Shown piece after piece: positions 46,079 to 55,862 of a stretch of 64,000 bases of DNA. Origin of the DNA: Candidatus Woesearchaeota archaeon (lineage in GTDB: Archaea > Nanobdellota > Nanobdellia > Woesearchaeales > DSVV01); NCBI GenBank assembly GCA_016192995.1, contig JACPTB010000001.1, forward strand, positions 65,110-129,109, in the 5' to 3' direction. The notes under the pieces are model-generated. The model was given only the letters and a program-made list of their open reading frames with translations, searched no databases and had not been told where the DNA came from. A program made the position numbers and the translations under genes. Within the stretch, counting starts at the first letter, position 1. Every line of letters begins with the position of its first letter.

Positions 46079-47881
46079 TTAAAACTTGTTTTCAAGGTCT
46101 AAGCGAGGATAAATCCCTAAGCTTTTGATTTCGTCTAATAATAATTTGAAAGCATAACTTATTTCGATGTATGACATCTCACTTTCTTCTCCATAAATCG
46201 GAGAAATCGCACGATTCTTTCGCGCATCAAAGTAACCAATCAAACCACTCTTTTCGCAAACAGGAACTATAACTCTGTCTGAATCAAAGCGCTCTTTTAA
46301 AAGAAGGCTTGCGCCGTGCGCTACAAAGGTATCTTTTTCCATCTCTCCTAATCTTAATCCACCTTCTTTTGCACGTCCCTCTGTTGGCTGTCGTGTTAAC
46401 AACTGGATTGGTCCTCGAGCGCGAGAATGCAATTTGTTTGATACCATATGTTTTAATTTGAGATAATACATATTGCCAACGTAAATCTGCGCTTCAAACA
46501 TTTCTCCACTCATGCCATTGTAAAATGTTTCAGTACCATTCTCTCTAAAACCCATAGATAACAATTCTTTTCGAATAGCTTCTTCTGGTTCAGCTTCAAA
46601 AGTAGTTCCATCAATATATCTTCCTGCTAATGCTCCTGTCTTTCCACCGACTAATTCAATCAAATGCGAAATAGTCATTCTTGAAGGAATACCATGCGGT
46701 GAAAACAATAAATCTGGAACAATCCCTGATGCAGTAAAAGGCATATCTGCTTGATCAACAATCAATCCGATAACTCCTTTTTGACCATGACGGGAGGTGA
46801 ATTTATCCCCTACTTCTGGAATTTTTCTGTCACGAACACGAACCTGCACTAATTTATTTCCTTCTTCATTCTCAGTAAGCAGAATAAAATCAATAATTCC
46901 TCGCTCACCATGTTTTACTACCATGGAAGATTCTCTTCGAAGATTAGAAGCTAAATTATATTCATCTGCGCCGCTTAAAAATCGCGGAGGTGAAGTTTTT
47001 CCAATAATTACATCTCCTTCTTTAATGCTTGCTTCAGGATAAATAATGCCATCTTCTTCCAATAAACGATAATCTTTTTCACTTCTATACCCGCGAACTT
47101 CTTTATCAGGGATGCAAACTTCATCCATTAAACCGCCTGAATATCGCAATTCATCAGCAACACTGGGCCTGAAATAGGTAGATCTTCCCATACCTCGTTC
47201 AACAGAACCTCGGTTAAGGATAATAGCGTCTTCCATGTTGTATCCTTTAAAACTCATAATAGCGACAACAACATTTTGCCCAGAAGGATGGCTATCATAA
47301 TTAGAAATATCATGCATAATAGTTTGAACAACAGGTCGTTGAGGATAATCCAGCAAGTTAACATCCATATCCATTCTAATATGATAATTTGCTGCGTATA
47401 CTCCTAATGCCTGCTTTTGGTTTTTACTTCCTGCGTTTAAACGTGTTGATTGGTTGTAGTTACCATAAGGAACAAGCGCTGTGCACAATCCTAAGATAGT
47501 TAAAGGTGCAATTTCAAGATGCGTGCATTCGGGCGTGATTTCTTCTGGCGTAAATGCAACAAGCGCATTTTCTTCTTCAAGCGCATCAAGATATTCAATA
47601 ACTCCCTGAGCAAGAAGATCTGACCAGGTTAATTCTCCTTTTTCAAGCTGATGAACATGCTTTTCGGTGAGAAGGGATTTACCGTCTTTAACAACCACTA
47701 ATGGCCTTCGCAAACGGCCTTTACAGGCTTCAATTTCAACAATATCTTCTCCTTTGTTATACAATATATTCACATTAGAAGTTAATGCGTTTTTTCGGCG
47801 TTCAGCAACGGTGCTTTCTACAAATTCAACAGGGTTTTCAACAGTACCAACAAATTTTCCATTAAGATATACGTCAGTCAT
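46079..47881 (-). CDS. rpoB1: DNA-directed RNA polymerase subunit B' (C-terminal part of split B)
   Basis: GDKFTSRHGQKGVIG and C-terminal Zn ribbon. Confidence 0.9.
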   Translation of the reverse strand: MTDVYLNGKFVGTVENPVEFVESTVAERRKNALTSNVNILYNKGEDIVEIEACKGRLRRPLVVVKDGKSLLTEKHVHQLEKGELTWSDLLAQGVIEYLDALEEENALVAFTPEEITPECTHLEIAPLTILGLCTALVPYGNYNQSTRLNAGSKNQKQALGVYAANYHIRMDMDVNLLDYPQRPVVQTIMHDISNYDSHPSGQNVVVAIMSFKGYNMEDAIILNRGSVERGMGRSTYFRPSVADELRYSGGLMDEVCIPDKEVRGYRSEKDYRLLEEDGIIYPEASIKEGDVIIGKTSPPRFLSGADEYNLASNLRRESSMVVKHGERGIIDFILLTENEEGNKLVQVRVRDRKIPEVGDKFTSRHGQKGVIGLIVDQADMPFTASGIVPDLLFSPHGIPSRMTISHLIELVGGKTGALAGRYIDGTTFEAEPEEAIRKELLSMGFRENGTETFYNGMSGEMFEAQIYVGNMYYLKLKHMVSNKLHSRARGPIQLLTRQPTEGRAKEGGLRLGEMEKDTFVAHGASLLLKERFDSDRVIVPVCEKSGLIGYFDARKNRAISPIYGEESEMSYIEISYAFKLLLDEIKSLGIYPRLDLENKF

Positions 47882-47885
47882 GTTT

Positions 47886-49373
47886 TCACCTTACGGTCTT
47901 TAGCCCTATGTTTTTAAGCATTTTGACTACTTTATCTTCATCTGCTTCTAAGGAAACCTGCGCTAATAATGCAAGGTTTTTTCGCAACCCAATATTAGTA
48001 CCTTCAGGAGTTTCTATAGGACAAAGTCTTCCTAAATGTGTGCTATGCAATTCACGTGCTTCAAAATTTTCCTGAGAACTTGATAATGGAGAAACAACTC
48101 TTTGTAAGTGGCTTAGGGTTTCTAAGAAATTAATTCTTTGAATACGCTGGCTAATTCCTTTTCTGCCGCCGATCCAATTACCAGTAGCCATGGAACTGTA
48201 AATACGAGACGTCAATAATTTTTCCCTGATGATTACTTTAATTGAAGGAAATTTACCGCGCTTTACAATACGCTGGAAGTTATACAATAAATCACCGATC
48301 AATACTTTCAGGTTAACTCTGAATAATTCACCTAATAAATCTCCACTCATTTTCATTCTTTTATTCATGTAATGATCTTTATCTGAAATCTGAATTTTAT
48401 TATTTCCTACGTCAATGAAACGTTTTAATAATTTGCATAAGTTGTATGCTTTAAACATTCTATCTTCTTTATTGATCCCTAAATGCGGCAATAAATATTT
48501 ATCAAGAATTTCCTTCATACGCTCAACGCGAATTTCTTTTGACTGCGTAATACCAATTTTTTTTGCAACGTAATCCAACGCTTCTTCTTCAGATTTAATA
48601 TCGACAAACTCGTATAAATTAATATAAATCTCATCGCTTTGCTCTTCGCCTGCAACATACCGCATAATGTCTTCATCTTTAATTAAACCAAGAGCTTTAA
48701 CCATGACAATTAAAGGAATACGCTTTACTCGGGTGAATGATAAATAGAATAAACCATCTTTTAAACGCTCAAAGGTATGTGGAATTTTGTACGATCCTGA
48801 TTCGGAAAATAATTTCCCCACATATTCGCTTGGACCAATAGTATCCTGGCTCACTAAAAACCTATTTGCTGCAAGATCCTCGATATTGATCAGCACCCTC
48901 TCTGTGCCATTAATGATAAAATAACCGCCTAAATCATCAGGATCTTCACCGCGCTTAATCAATTCCTCTTTGCTTAAACCATGAAGATGACAGTATTTAG
49001 AGCCAAGCATAATCGGCAAATTTGCAATTTGCGTCGTGAATGATTCACGCTGAATACCATTAATATGCGCGCTGATTTCAATAAATACAGGAGCAGCATA
49101 ACTGATTTTTCTCAACCTCGCTTCAATGGGATAAATAGGTCTTTTAGAACCATCAGCTTCAGTGATTTCTGGTTTGCTTACCCAAATACGGTCGAGCCTG
49201 ATTTTAAATTCATCAACATTGCTTGGAATAATAGTAGGCTCAACAATTTTATTTTCTTCAACAATAAGCGGCAATTCCTGTTCAATAAACTCATTAAATG
49301 ATTGTATATCCGATGCAACTAATGAATGCTCTTCAAAATATTTTTTGATTAACATTTCAGAATATTTACGCAC
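47886..49373 (-). CDS. rpoB2: DNA-directed RNA polymerase subunit B'' (N-terminal part of split B)
   Basis: Rpb2 N-terminal protrusion/lobe homology. Split-B arrangement as in many archaea. Confidence 0.9.
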   Translation of the reverse strand: MRKYSEMLIKKYFEEHSLVASDIQSFNEFIEQELPLIVEENKIVEPTIIPSNVDEFKIRLDRIWVSKPEITEADGSKRPIYPIEARLRKISYAAPVFIEISAHINGIQRESFTTQIANLPIMLGSKYCHLHGLSKEELIKRGEDPDDLGGYFIINGTERVLINIEDLAANRFLVSQDTIGPSEYVGKLFSESGSYKIPHTFERLKDGLFYLSFTRVKRIPLIVMVKALGLIKDEDIMRYVAGEEQSDEIYINLYEFVDIKSEEEALDYVAKKIGITQSKEIRVERMKEILDKYLLPHLGINKEDRMFKAYNLCKLLKRFIDVGNNKIQISDKDHYMNKRMKMSGDLLGELFRVNLKVLIGDLLYNFQRIVKRGKFPSIKVIIREKLLTSRIYSSMATGNWIGGRKGISQRIQRINFLETLSHLQRVVSPLSSSQENFEARELHSTHLGRLCPIETPEGTNIGLRKNLALLAQVSLEADEDKVVKMLKNIGLKTVR

Positions 49374-49623
49374 TTACAACACCTCGGTAATAAACAACTT
49401 CACCTGCAGTAGGACTTTTCTTGACTACTTTGATAATATCCCCTAATTTTACGTCTAAACGTCGAAGAGCAGGATCAGTTATGAGAATTCTAGGAAGCTG
49501 ATGAATAGAAACATTGAATTGAGCAAGAACCTCTTTTTTTTCTTTTTCATTAAGCTTAACATGCTTAGGAACTAAAACATGTTGAGCAACATCAAAATTT
49601 GTTTGTTTTTTAACTTTTTTAAC
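49366..49623 (-). CDS. rpoH: DNA-directed RNA polymerase subunit H (Rpb5-like)
   Basis: HVLVPKHVKL..EKKEVLAQFNV...LPRILITDPALRRLDVKLGDIIKVVKKSPTAGEVVYYRGVV. Start moved to MVKKVKK because the track start at 49719 overlaps tRNA-Lys. Confidence 0.8.
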   Translation of the reverse strand, partial: VKKVKKQTNFDVAQHVLVPKHVKLNEKEKKEVLAQFNVSIHQLPRILITDPALRRLDVKLGDIIKVVKKSPTAGEVVYYRGVVSA

Positions 49624-49664
49624 CATGTTTATACCCAAGCTCATGATATCAATATTAAGTATAA

Positions 49665-49761
49665 CGGGCCAGACGAGATTTGAACTCGCGACCACCCGAT
49701 TTCTTAGGAAGCTGAGCATCCTTAAAAGTCGGGTGCTCTATCCAGGCTGAGCCACTGGCCC
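49665..49761 (-). tRNA. tRNA-Lys (anticodon TTT) with about 22-nt canonical-position intron
   Basis: RC GGGCCAGTGGCTCAGCCTGGATAGAGCACCCGACTTTTA[intron]ATCGGGTGGTCGCGAGTTCAAATCTCGTCTGGCCCG. Acceptor, D, anticodon and T stems all pair. Confidence 0.7.
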
Positions 49762-49774
49762 TTTGAGCAAAAAA

Positions 49775-49886
49775 CGCCCTGGCCGGGACATTCAGCGAAT
49801 ATTGCCTCTTTTAAGCAGTATTCAGGTTTTGAACCCGAGTCGGAACCGTGACAGGGTTCCATGATAGGCCACTACACTACCAGGGC
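49775..49886 (-). tRNA. tRNA-Asp (anticodon GTC) with about 39-nt non-canonical intron in the T-loop (59/60)
   Basis: RC GCCCTGGTAGTGTAGTGGCCTATCATGGAACCCTGTCACGGTTCCGACTCGGGTTCAAA[ACCTGAAT...GAATG]TCCCGGCCAGGGCG. Every stem pairs only if the insert is removed from the T-loop. Confidence 0.6.
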
Positions 49887-50004
49887 TTTTTACTGATGAA
49901 TGAACTAGTATTCCGTCTTCTAACTTAAAAATAGAGTCCATTTACCCCCAATTTAAGATAAGAAAGACTAGTATAGCAATTCATCATACTAATGGCTTTT
50001 TATT

Positions 50005-50052
50005 GGTTATTTATAAAACTTTTGCTTATCCGTTGACTCAACAATGGATAAG
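50005..50052. repeat. 17-bp perfect inverted repeat hairpin (AAAACTTTTGCTTATCC-N14-GGATAAGCAAAAGTTTT)
   Basis: Exact reverse-complement arms between divergent tRNA-Asp and tRNA-Tyr. Confidence 0.7.
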
Positions 50053-50090
50053 CAAAAGTTTTAAATAAAGTGGCAAAACCTAAAACATAT

Positions 50091-50218
50091 CCTCCTATAG
50101 CTCAACGGCAGAGCGTTCGGCTGTAGATAACTCACTGCAATGACATTGGATTATCCATAAGAATGAGTTGCAGCCAGCTGAACCCGAAAGGTTCCCGGTT
50201 CAAATCCGGGTGGGGGGA
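50091..50218 (+). tRNA. tRNA-Tyr (anticodon GTA) with about 56-nt intron
   Basis: CCTCCTATAGCTCAACGGCAGAGCGTTCGGCTGTAG[intron]..CCGAAAGGTTCCCGGTTCAAATCCGGGTGGGGGGA. C1-G72 pair, anticodon loop CTGTAGA. Confidence 0.65.
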
Positions 50219-50228
50219 TTTCTTTATC

Positions 50229-51491
50229 TTACTCTACCATCCATTTATAAATAGGCAACACTTGTATCTTTTTGCTTTTCATCCGTATATCTTCTGTTTG
50301 TTCATGGGTCAGCATTATTCCTGTTTTCAACTTGAATTTGTCCATTGCTTCAATTAAACCTGCTATTTCTCTTTCCTTATTATCTTTATTCAGGACGTAG
50401 CATACCTGTATGGCTTGTGTTATTTTTGTCCCTTTTTTTGTTATAAAATCACATTCGTTTTCATTAGTATAATAAAATACCTCATTGTTTCTTCTTTTTA
50501 ATTCAATAAATACCATATTTTCCAGTATTTTTCCCTTGTTTTCTGAAAAGTTTGTCCCACATATTTGATTGAATGCAGAATCCACGAGATATATTTTTCT
50601 TGGGGAGTTAAGCTGTTGTTTCAGTGAATAGGAGAATTTCAGCAGTTCAAAAAACAAATAAGAGTTACTTAAGTAAGAAATATATTCTTTGACGGTTATC
50701 GCATTTCCTAAACCAAGAGTTTTCTTTAATGAGTTGTAGGTGAATTGTGAGGAAATGTTTGTACCAAGTAGGTTTATCAGTTCTTTAATTATCTTCTGCT
50801 TTCTTATAGAATATCTTGTTATAACATCCTTGTATAATATATTCTCATAAACTGTTTTAATATATTCTTTATCCTTGTTTTTTAGGTATTCCGGCAAACC
50901 CCCTAATGATACATACTCTTCAAAGAGCTTTATCAATTCAACTTTCTTCTCAACGATGTAAAAATCATTTTTCTCTAAGGTTATATTCCTAAATTTAAGA
51001 AATTCTTTGAAAGAAAATGGATAGACTTCAAACGGTTTGTATCTCCCGGTCAATCTCGTACCAAATTCCTTGCTAAGTAAAGAAGCATTAGAACCTGTAA
51101 TTATGACTTTCTTTCCCTCATCCTGCAATCTTCTAACAAACGTCTCAAACTTATCTATATTCTGTATTTCATCAAAAAAATAAATATTTATCTTGCCATA
51201 TTCTTCAATAAGAACCTCATTAAGCACTTCAAAATCCTGAGCCATAAAATCCAAGAATCTTTCATCCTCAAAGTTAACATAACACCAATCAGACACATTT
51301 TGCATAACTTCCTTAAGCAGCGTAGATTTGCCGCATCTTCTAACACCGGTAAGAATAATCACCCTATCATCCTTAATCCACTTTAAAATTTCGTCCAGCA
51401 GATCTCTCACAACAAAACGTTGTTTAGTTAAAATCTCCTGTTTTTGCCTCATTACTACTTTCCTTAAGATATCCTTGTCAAACATACTCAT
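50229..51491 (-). CDS. AAA ATPase, COG1373/DUF4143 family (paralog of 26870-28123)
   Basis: ILTGVRRCGKSTLL Walker A, FFDEIQ Walker B. Collinear with the other copy. Confidence 0.7.
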   Translation of the reverse strand: MSMFDKDILRKVVMRQKQEILTKQRFVVRDLLDEILKWIKDDRVIILTGVRRCGKSTLLKEVMQNVSDWCYVNFEDERFLDFMAQDFEVLNEVLIEEYGKINIYFFDEIQNIDKFETFVRRLQDEGKKVIITGSNASLLSKEFGTRLTGRYKPFEVYPFSFKEFLKFRNITLEKNDFYIVEKKVELIKLFEEYVSLGGLPEYLKNKDKEYIKTVYENILYKDVITRYSIRKQKIIKELINLLGTNISSQFTYNSLKKTLGLGNAITVKEYISYLSNSYLFFELLKFSYSLKQQLNSPRKIYLVDSAFNQICGTNFSENKGKILENMVFIELKRRNNEVFYYTNENECDFITKKGTKITQAIQVCYVLNKDNKEREIAGLIEAMDKFKLKTGIMLTHEQTEDIRMKSKKIQVLPIYKWMVE

Positions 51492-51594
51492 TAGTAATTA
51501 GTACATATATATAAATATTCTCATTGAAAATGAGTAGAAACTCGAAAGCAGGTAATCATCGTCAAAAGATGGTTCGTTCTTCACCTTTCTCAGT

Positions 51595-53055
51595 CTATTC
51601 ATTTGCTGCAAGCGCCGTGTTAGAATTGACTTTAACTATATGGCCAGAAGCTGTTTTAAATTTAGCGCTTGCATAAGGTAGTCTCATATTGCCAATGATT
51701 TTTAAACGTGATTTTATTTTATACGTTAAAATACGCTCTTCATAGCCTTCAAGAGCAGCTATGCTCCATCTGATAACAGTACCTTTCTTCTCATGTTTTA
51801 AGATTTTATCCGGCGCTAGAGTGCCATGGCTGAATTCTTTTTCAACTTGCGCTATATGAGTTACTCGATCCATAATAAATACTTCTTCTACAGGCTTATT
51901 TGTTCTATTTTTTACATGAATCAACACTTTAATGTGAGACATATTGCTATTTGCATCGTCTTTGTTTAAAACAACAGCTTCTTTAGATATGATTACAGGA
52001 CTCCTAAACACAAAATAAGCTATAACCCCAAGAATCAGAAGGATAATTGCAGTAAATAGATATCTGAAATTAGTGCTTATAACAATTATTTGCTTTTCTT
52101 GAGGGGGAATATCAAGAGTCCACGTAAAATAACGCTCACCTTCTTCGGTAATCACTTCTCCTTTAGGCATCGCTGATGTAAACAGCTGGTTAAACAAGGT
52201 AGTTTTGAACGTGATCTTTTCGTTATTGACTACATTACCATCATTAGTAAATGTTTTAGTAATTACTTCTTTAAGAAACTGCTTATTAACATCCTCTTCT
52301 GTTTTGAGATCAGAATAAGCCTTAACTTTAATCACTTTTTTAGTCGAAAATGATCCTTCTTCAGCAGCTACCGTAACCATTAACAGGTCATTTTGAGGAG
52401 GTGTTAATGGATCATAAATAACGGTAAAACTCTCAGTTTTTCGCTCGAGAGGCGCCAGCGAAATCATTTTATCTCCATTAAACAGTTTGCTTTCAACCAT
52501 TACTTTTAATTCAGGAATATTAAGCTTGTTTTTGTTGAGAAGGTTTATTTTTAATTCAAATGGCTGGCGAGGATCTACTTGCTCAGGAAAATCAACATCA
52601 AGATTTATTGAAGGGATATATCCTCCAACAGTATTAGATGGATCTTTAACAATTAATATACTGCTTACTTGCTGGCTATTGCCGCCTTTTTTTGAAGTTA
52701 TATCTAAATTGAACTCATGAGGGCCATAATTAACAATTTCTGAAGGAATAACATATATTTTAAAGCTGACTGTTTGTCCTGGTTGAAGATTAATCCCAGA
52801 AAGATATGAAAGCTTTTCAGTTTCAATACTCCATTTATTGCCGTTGTAAAAATTTAATATGAAACTATCAGGTTCTTCATTAAGGTTGGTAATGCTGAGC
52901 TGATAAACAGCTTTTTCTCCTGGCAAAGCTGCGTAAGTAATTTTAGTAAACTTAACCTGAAAATCAGAAAGAGCTGTTACAAAACTAAAGGTTAACAAGA
53001 GCATTGTTAAAAAAATAAGTGATACACGACCTGCTCGACCCCTTTTTTGCACCAA
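51595..53055 (-). CDS. cell-surface protein with signal peptide and C-proximal TM anchor, unknown function
   Basis: N-terminal hydrophobic signal LIFLTMLLLTFSFVTALS. Beta-rich extracellular part. TM helix AIILLILGVIAYFVF. Confidence 0.4.
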   Translation of the reverse strand: MVQKRGRAGRVSLIFLTMLLLTFSFVTALSDFQVKFTKITYAALPGEKAVYQLSITNLNEEPDSFILNFYNGNKWSIETEKLSYLSGINLQPGQTVSFKIYVIPSEIVNYGPHEFNLDITSKKGGNSQQVSSILIVKDPSNTVGGYIPSINLDVDFPEQVDPRQPFELKINLLNKNKLNIPELKVMVESKLFNGDKMISLAPLERKTESFTVIYDPLTPPQNDLLMVTVAAEEGSFSTKKVIKVKAYSDLKTEEDVNKQFLKEVITKTFTNDGNVVNNEKITFKTTLFNQLFTSAMPKGEVITEEGERYFTWTLDIPPQEKQIIVISTNFRYLFTAIILLILGVIAYFVFRSPVIISKEAVVLNKDDANSNMSHIKVLIHVKNRTNKPVEEVFIMDRVTHIAQVEKEFSHGTLAPDKILKHEKKGTVIRWSIAALEGYEERILTYKIKSRLKIIGNMRLPYASAKFKTASGHIVKVNSNTALAANE

Positions 53056-53135
53056 GATTAAAACCCCTGTATATTACCTTATTAATTCCCTATTTATATC
53101 TAAATAGCTTTATAAAACTTTCTATCTCGAGTTCA

Positions 53136-55616
53136 TTATTTCTGGAAAGATACTCTGCTTATATGACCTGTTTTCTCGATTTTAATCACCGTATCAACAA
53201 AACTCTCTATTTTAGCTTCATGACTGACCATAATTACCTGTTTAATAAGAAGCTCGCCTAATACGTCTTTAAGCTGATCTAATTGTTCATGGCTAAAACC
53301 CTCAGTAGGCTCATCAAGAATAAGAATATCCTTCGTTGCAATAGAATTCATAAATTCATTAATTACTTTGTTTAACGCAAGCCTGTATGCTAGACAAACA
53401 GCAGTTCGTTCACCACCTGAAACACTAGTAATATCAAGTTCATAGCCATTTTGCTCAATAACTGGGGTAAATTCCTCATCTAAACGCACACTGATCATTT
53501 CATCACCCATCAAGAGCTTAAACCAATCGATGAAGATACGATTGAATTCATGATATACCTGAAGCATAACCTGCTTTTCAATAACAAAGGTGATATTAAC
53601 AAAAAATTTGTTCAACCAGTTGGTGTACTGATTAATCGCAGTAATTTTCTTTTGAAAAACTAATTTCTCATCAAGTTCCTGCTTTCGTTTTTCCAGCAGT
53701 TCAATACTATACTGTTTTTCGGTTTCTAACTTTGTTTTTTCTATAGAAAGCTTCTTCTCTTGAAGATTTAATTGCTCAAGTTCCTGCTCAAACTGTTTAT
53801 ATCTTATTTCGCTTTCCTTTGTTTCTTGCAGTTTACTGCTTGCAACCATTATCTTATCTTTTGTAACAAGCAATTCATTGCTTGCTAGCCCGTTGTTTTT
53901 AGAAAGCATTTGTTCTTCTGTTTCAAGCTCTGAAAGCCGACTAATTTTTACCTGGCGCTGCTGATTGATTTCGTGATATTTTTGCCATTGCTCAAGAAAC
54001 AATTTATACTGGTTCCGCTTTTGCACATATTCTTCTGGTTTATATTCTTTCAGCAACTCTTGTTCTTTGATAATATGACTTCTAATCTCTTCTGCTTTTT
54101 CTAGAAGTTTTTCTTTATCTTTAATCTCATGATCCACTCGTTCCAGTGAAGCAAGTTCAACCTGGAGCTTTTCCTGCTCCAGCTCCCGACGCTGGGCTTG
54201 TTCGAGCGCTTGACGGCTAGCATAGACTTGCTGTTCACTAGCTTTCTTTTCAGCATTCAACACCATTAAATGCTTTTTAGCCTCATGGCATTCTCTCTCT
54301 TTAAGCATATATACTTCTGCTTTGTGTTCTTCATTAACTTCCTGGAGACAAGTAGGGCATTTATTTAGCTCAGCTAGCTTTTCCTTTACTTTTACTGCTC
54401 GATCAATAGTAATTTCATGCTCAGTGACATAACCAGCAACAACAGAAATATTTTTTTCAAGGTTAAGTATTTCTTGCTTCAAAAAATTTATATCTTTTTT
54501 GCTGCTCTTCAATTTTTCCCATGTTGTTTTTTTTAATTCAAAACAATTAAGAACTATTTTTTTTTGCTCTATTTCCTGACGGAGCTGCGTAATTGTTTTT
54601 GTATTGAACAATAATTCTTCCTGGTTTCTCAGCTGCCGTTCTTTATATTCCTGATATTCTTCATCAAGTTTTTGCAATGAGCGCTCTATTTCATCGCGCG
54701 GCATGTCAGTTGGTTTTTCAATAACAAGGGATTGCAGTTCTTTTTTTAATGCTTCTTTGTGCAGACTGTTTTTTTCAGCCTGCACTGCTATTTTTTCTTT
54801 TAATTCATGAAGATTCCTTAACCTTGTTTCTTCAACTGCCAAGGCTTGTTTAGCATTATAGTATTCCTGCACCTGCTGCTGCTGCTGTTGAAGCTGAACT
54901 CTTTTTTCATGCTGCTGATCTTTTATGAAGCTCATCTGCGGCAACAATTCTTGAAGATTAGCTTCCAGCTCTTTTATCTTCAGCTTATATTCTTTTATTT
55001 GAGCTTCTTTTTCAGGGATATCGTGTACAAGCCCTTCAAAATAAGCGCGCTGTAATTTCAACTGTTTGACAATAATTATTGCATTTTCTCTGATTTTTTT
55101 ATATTTTTCAACATTGAATACTCTCCTCAATGTTTCAAGCCTTGTTTCTTTACTTTCCAGCAAAATACGCTTCATTGCTTCCTGCGGCGTATACACGGTG
55201 TAACGATAAATCAGGTCTTTGGTCTTGGTAAGGAGATCATCAGAATAGCCAAGCAGCTCCAATATTTTTGCTTTTAATTCTATAGCAGTGCAGTCTGTTT
55301 TAACATCATCAATAATAATAAAACCACTTTCTTGTTTGACACTATTGGATCTCCGCAGATTACGATGGATAATAACTGATTTTTTGCTGATTTCACTGGC
55401 TAATTCCACGCAACCTTCATGCTTGCCATTCCGAAGAAGAGCATCGCCTTCAAGACTCCCTCGAATAAAACCAAATAACGCAAATTCTATGGCATGGAGA
55501 ATAGTTGATTTTCCAGCGCCAATATCGCCTGAAAGCAATATAGTGCCTTCTGGAAAAACAATTGTTTCATCAGTATACGAACGAATATTGTGCAGTTTGA
55601 TTGATTTAAAAATCAT
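53136..55616 (-). CDS. rad50: DNA double-strand break repair ATPase Rad50
   Basis: Walker A GDIGAGKST, long coiled coil, CPTC zinc hook, signature LSGGERTAVCLAYRLAL, Walker B ILILDEPT. Confidence 0.8.
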   Translation of the reverse strand: MIFKSIKLHNIRSYTDETIVFPEGTILLSGDIGAGKSTILHAIEFALFGFIRGSLEGDALLRNGKHEGCVELASEISKKSVIIHRNLRRSNSVKQESGFIIIDDVKTDCTAIELKAKILELLGYSDDLLTKTKDLIYRYTVYTPQEAMKRILLESKETRLETLRRVFNVEKYKKIRENAIIIVKQLKLQRAYFEGLVHDIPEKEAQIKEYKLKIKELEANLQELLPQMSFIKDQQHEKRVQLQQQQQQVQEYYNAKQALAVEETRLRNLHELKEKIAVQAEKNSLHKEALKKELQSLVIEKPTDMPRDEIERSLQKLDEEYQEYKERQLRNQEELLFNTKTITQLRQEIEQKKIVLNCFELKKTTWEKLKSSKKDINFLKQEILNLEKNISVVAGYVTEHEITIDRAVKVKEKLAELNKCPTCLQEVNEEHKAEVYMLKERECHEAKKHLMVLNAEKKASEQQVYASRQALEQAQRRELEQEKLQVELASLERVDHEIKDKEKLLEKAEEIRSHIIKEQELLKEYKPEEYVQKRNQYKLFLEQWQKYHEINQQRQVKISRLSELETEEQMLSKNNGLASNELLVTKDKIMVASSKLQETKESEIRYKQFEQELEQLNLQEKKLSIEKTKLETEKQYSIELLEKRKQELDEKLVFQKKITAINQYTNWLNKFFVNITFVIEKQVMLQVYHEFNRIFIDWFKLLMGDEMISVRLDEEFTPVIEQNGYELDITSVSGGERTAVCLAYRLALNKVINEFMNSIATKDILILDEPTEGFSHEQLDQLKDVLGELLIKQVIMVSHEAKIESFVDTVIKIEKTGHISRVSFQK

Positions 55617-55660
55617 ATAATCGTGAGCATGGTTGTATTTTTATAGATTTATATCATCTA

Positions 55661-55826
55661 GGCTTCATCCAAAAATGAGGTTAGCGCCCTCAGGTCGAAA
55701 CTCTTTACAGTACCGGTTTAAAGAGGTCAGAGGGGCGGCTCCTTCGGAGCGTGACCGTTTATGCGATTGAAATATACGAAGTTTCGAAGGCGCTAACCTG
55801 GCGGCAGCCATTTTTTGGATGAAGCC
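55661..55826. mobile_element. MITE, family 4
   Basis: TIR GGCTTCATCCAAAAA / TTTTTGGATGAAGCC. 9-bp TSD TATCATCTA at 55652-55660 and 55827-55835. 45 bp upstream of the rad50 start. Confidence 0.85.
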
Positions 55827-55862
55827 TATCATCTAATAACATATACATGAAACATAATCAAA

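Noticed and set aside
49623-49719. Extended rpoH start (MLSFLRNRVV...)
   Set aside because: The extension overlaps tRNA-Lys (49665-49761). The conserved RpoH sequence starts at the internal Met.
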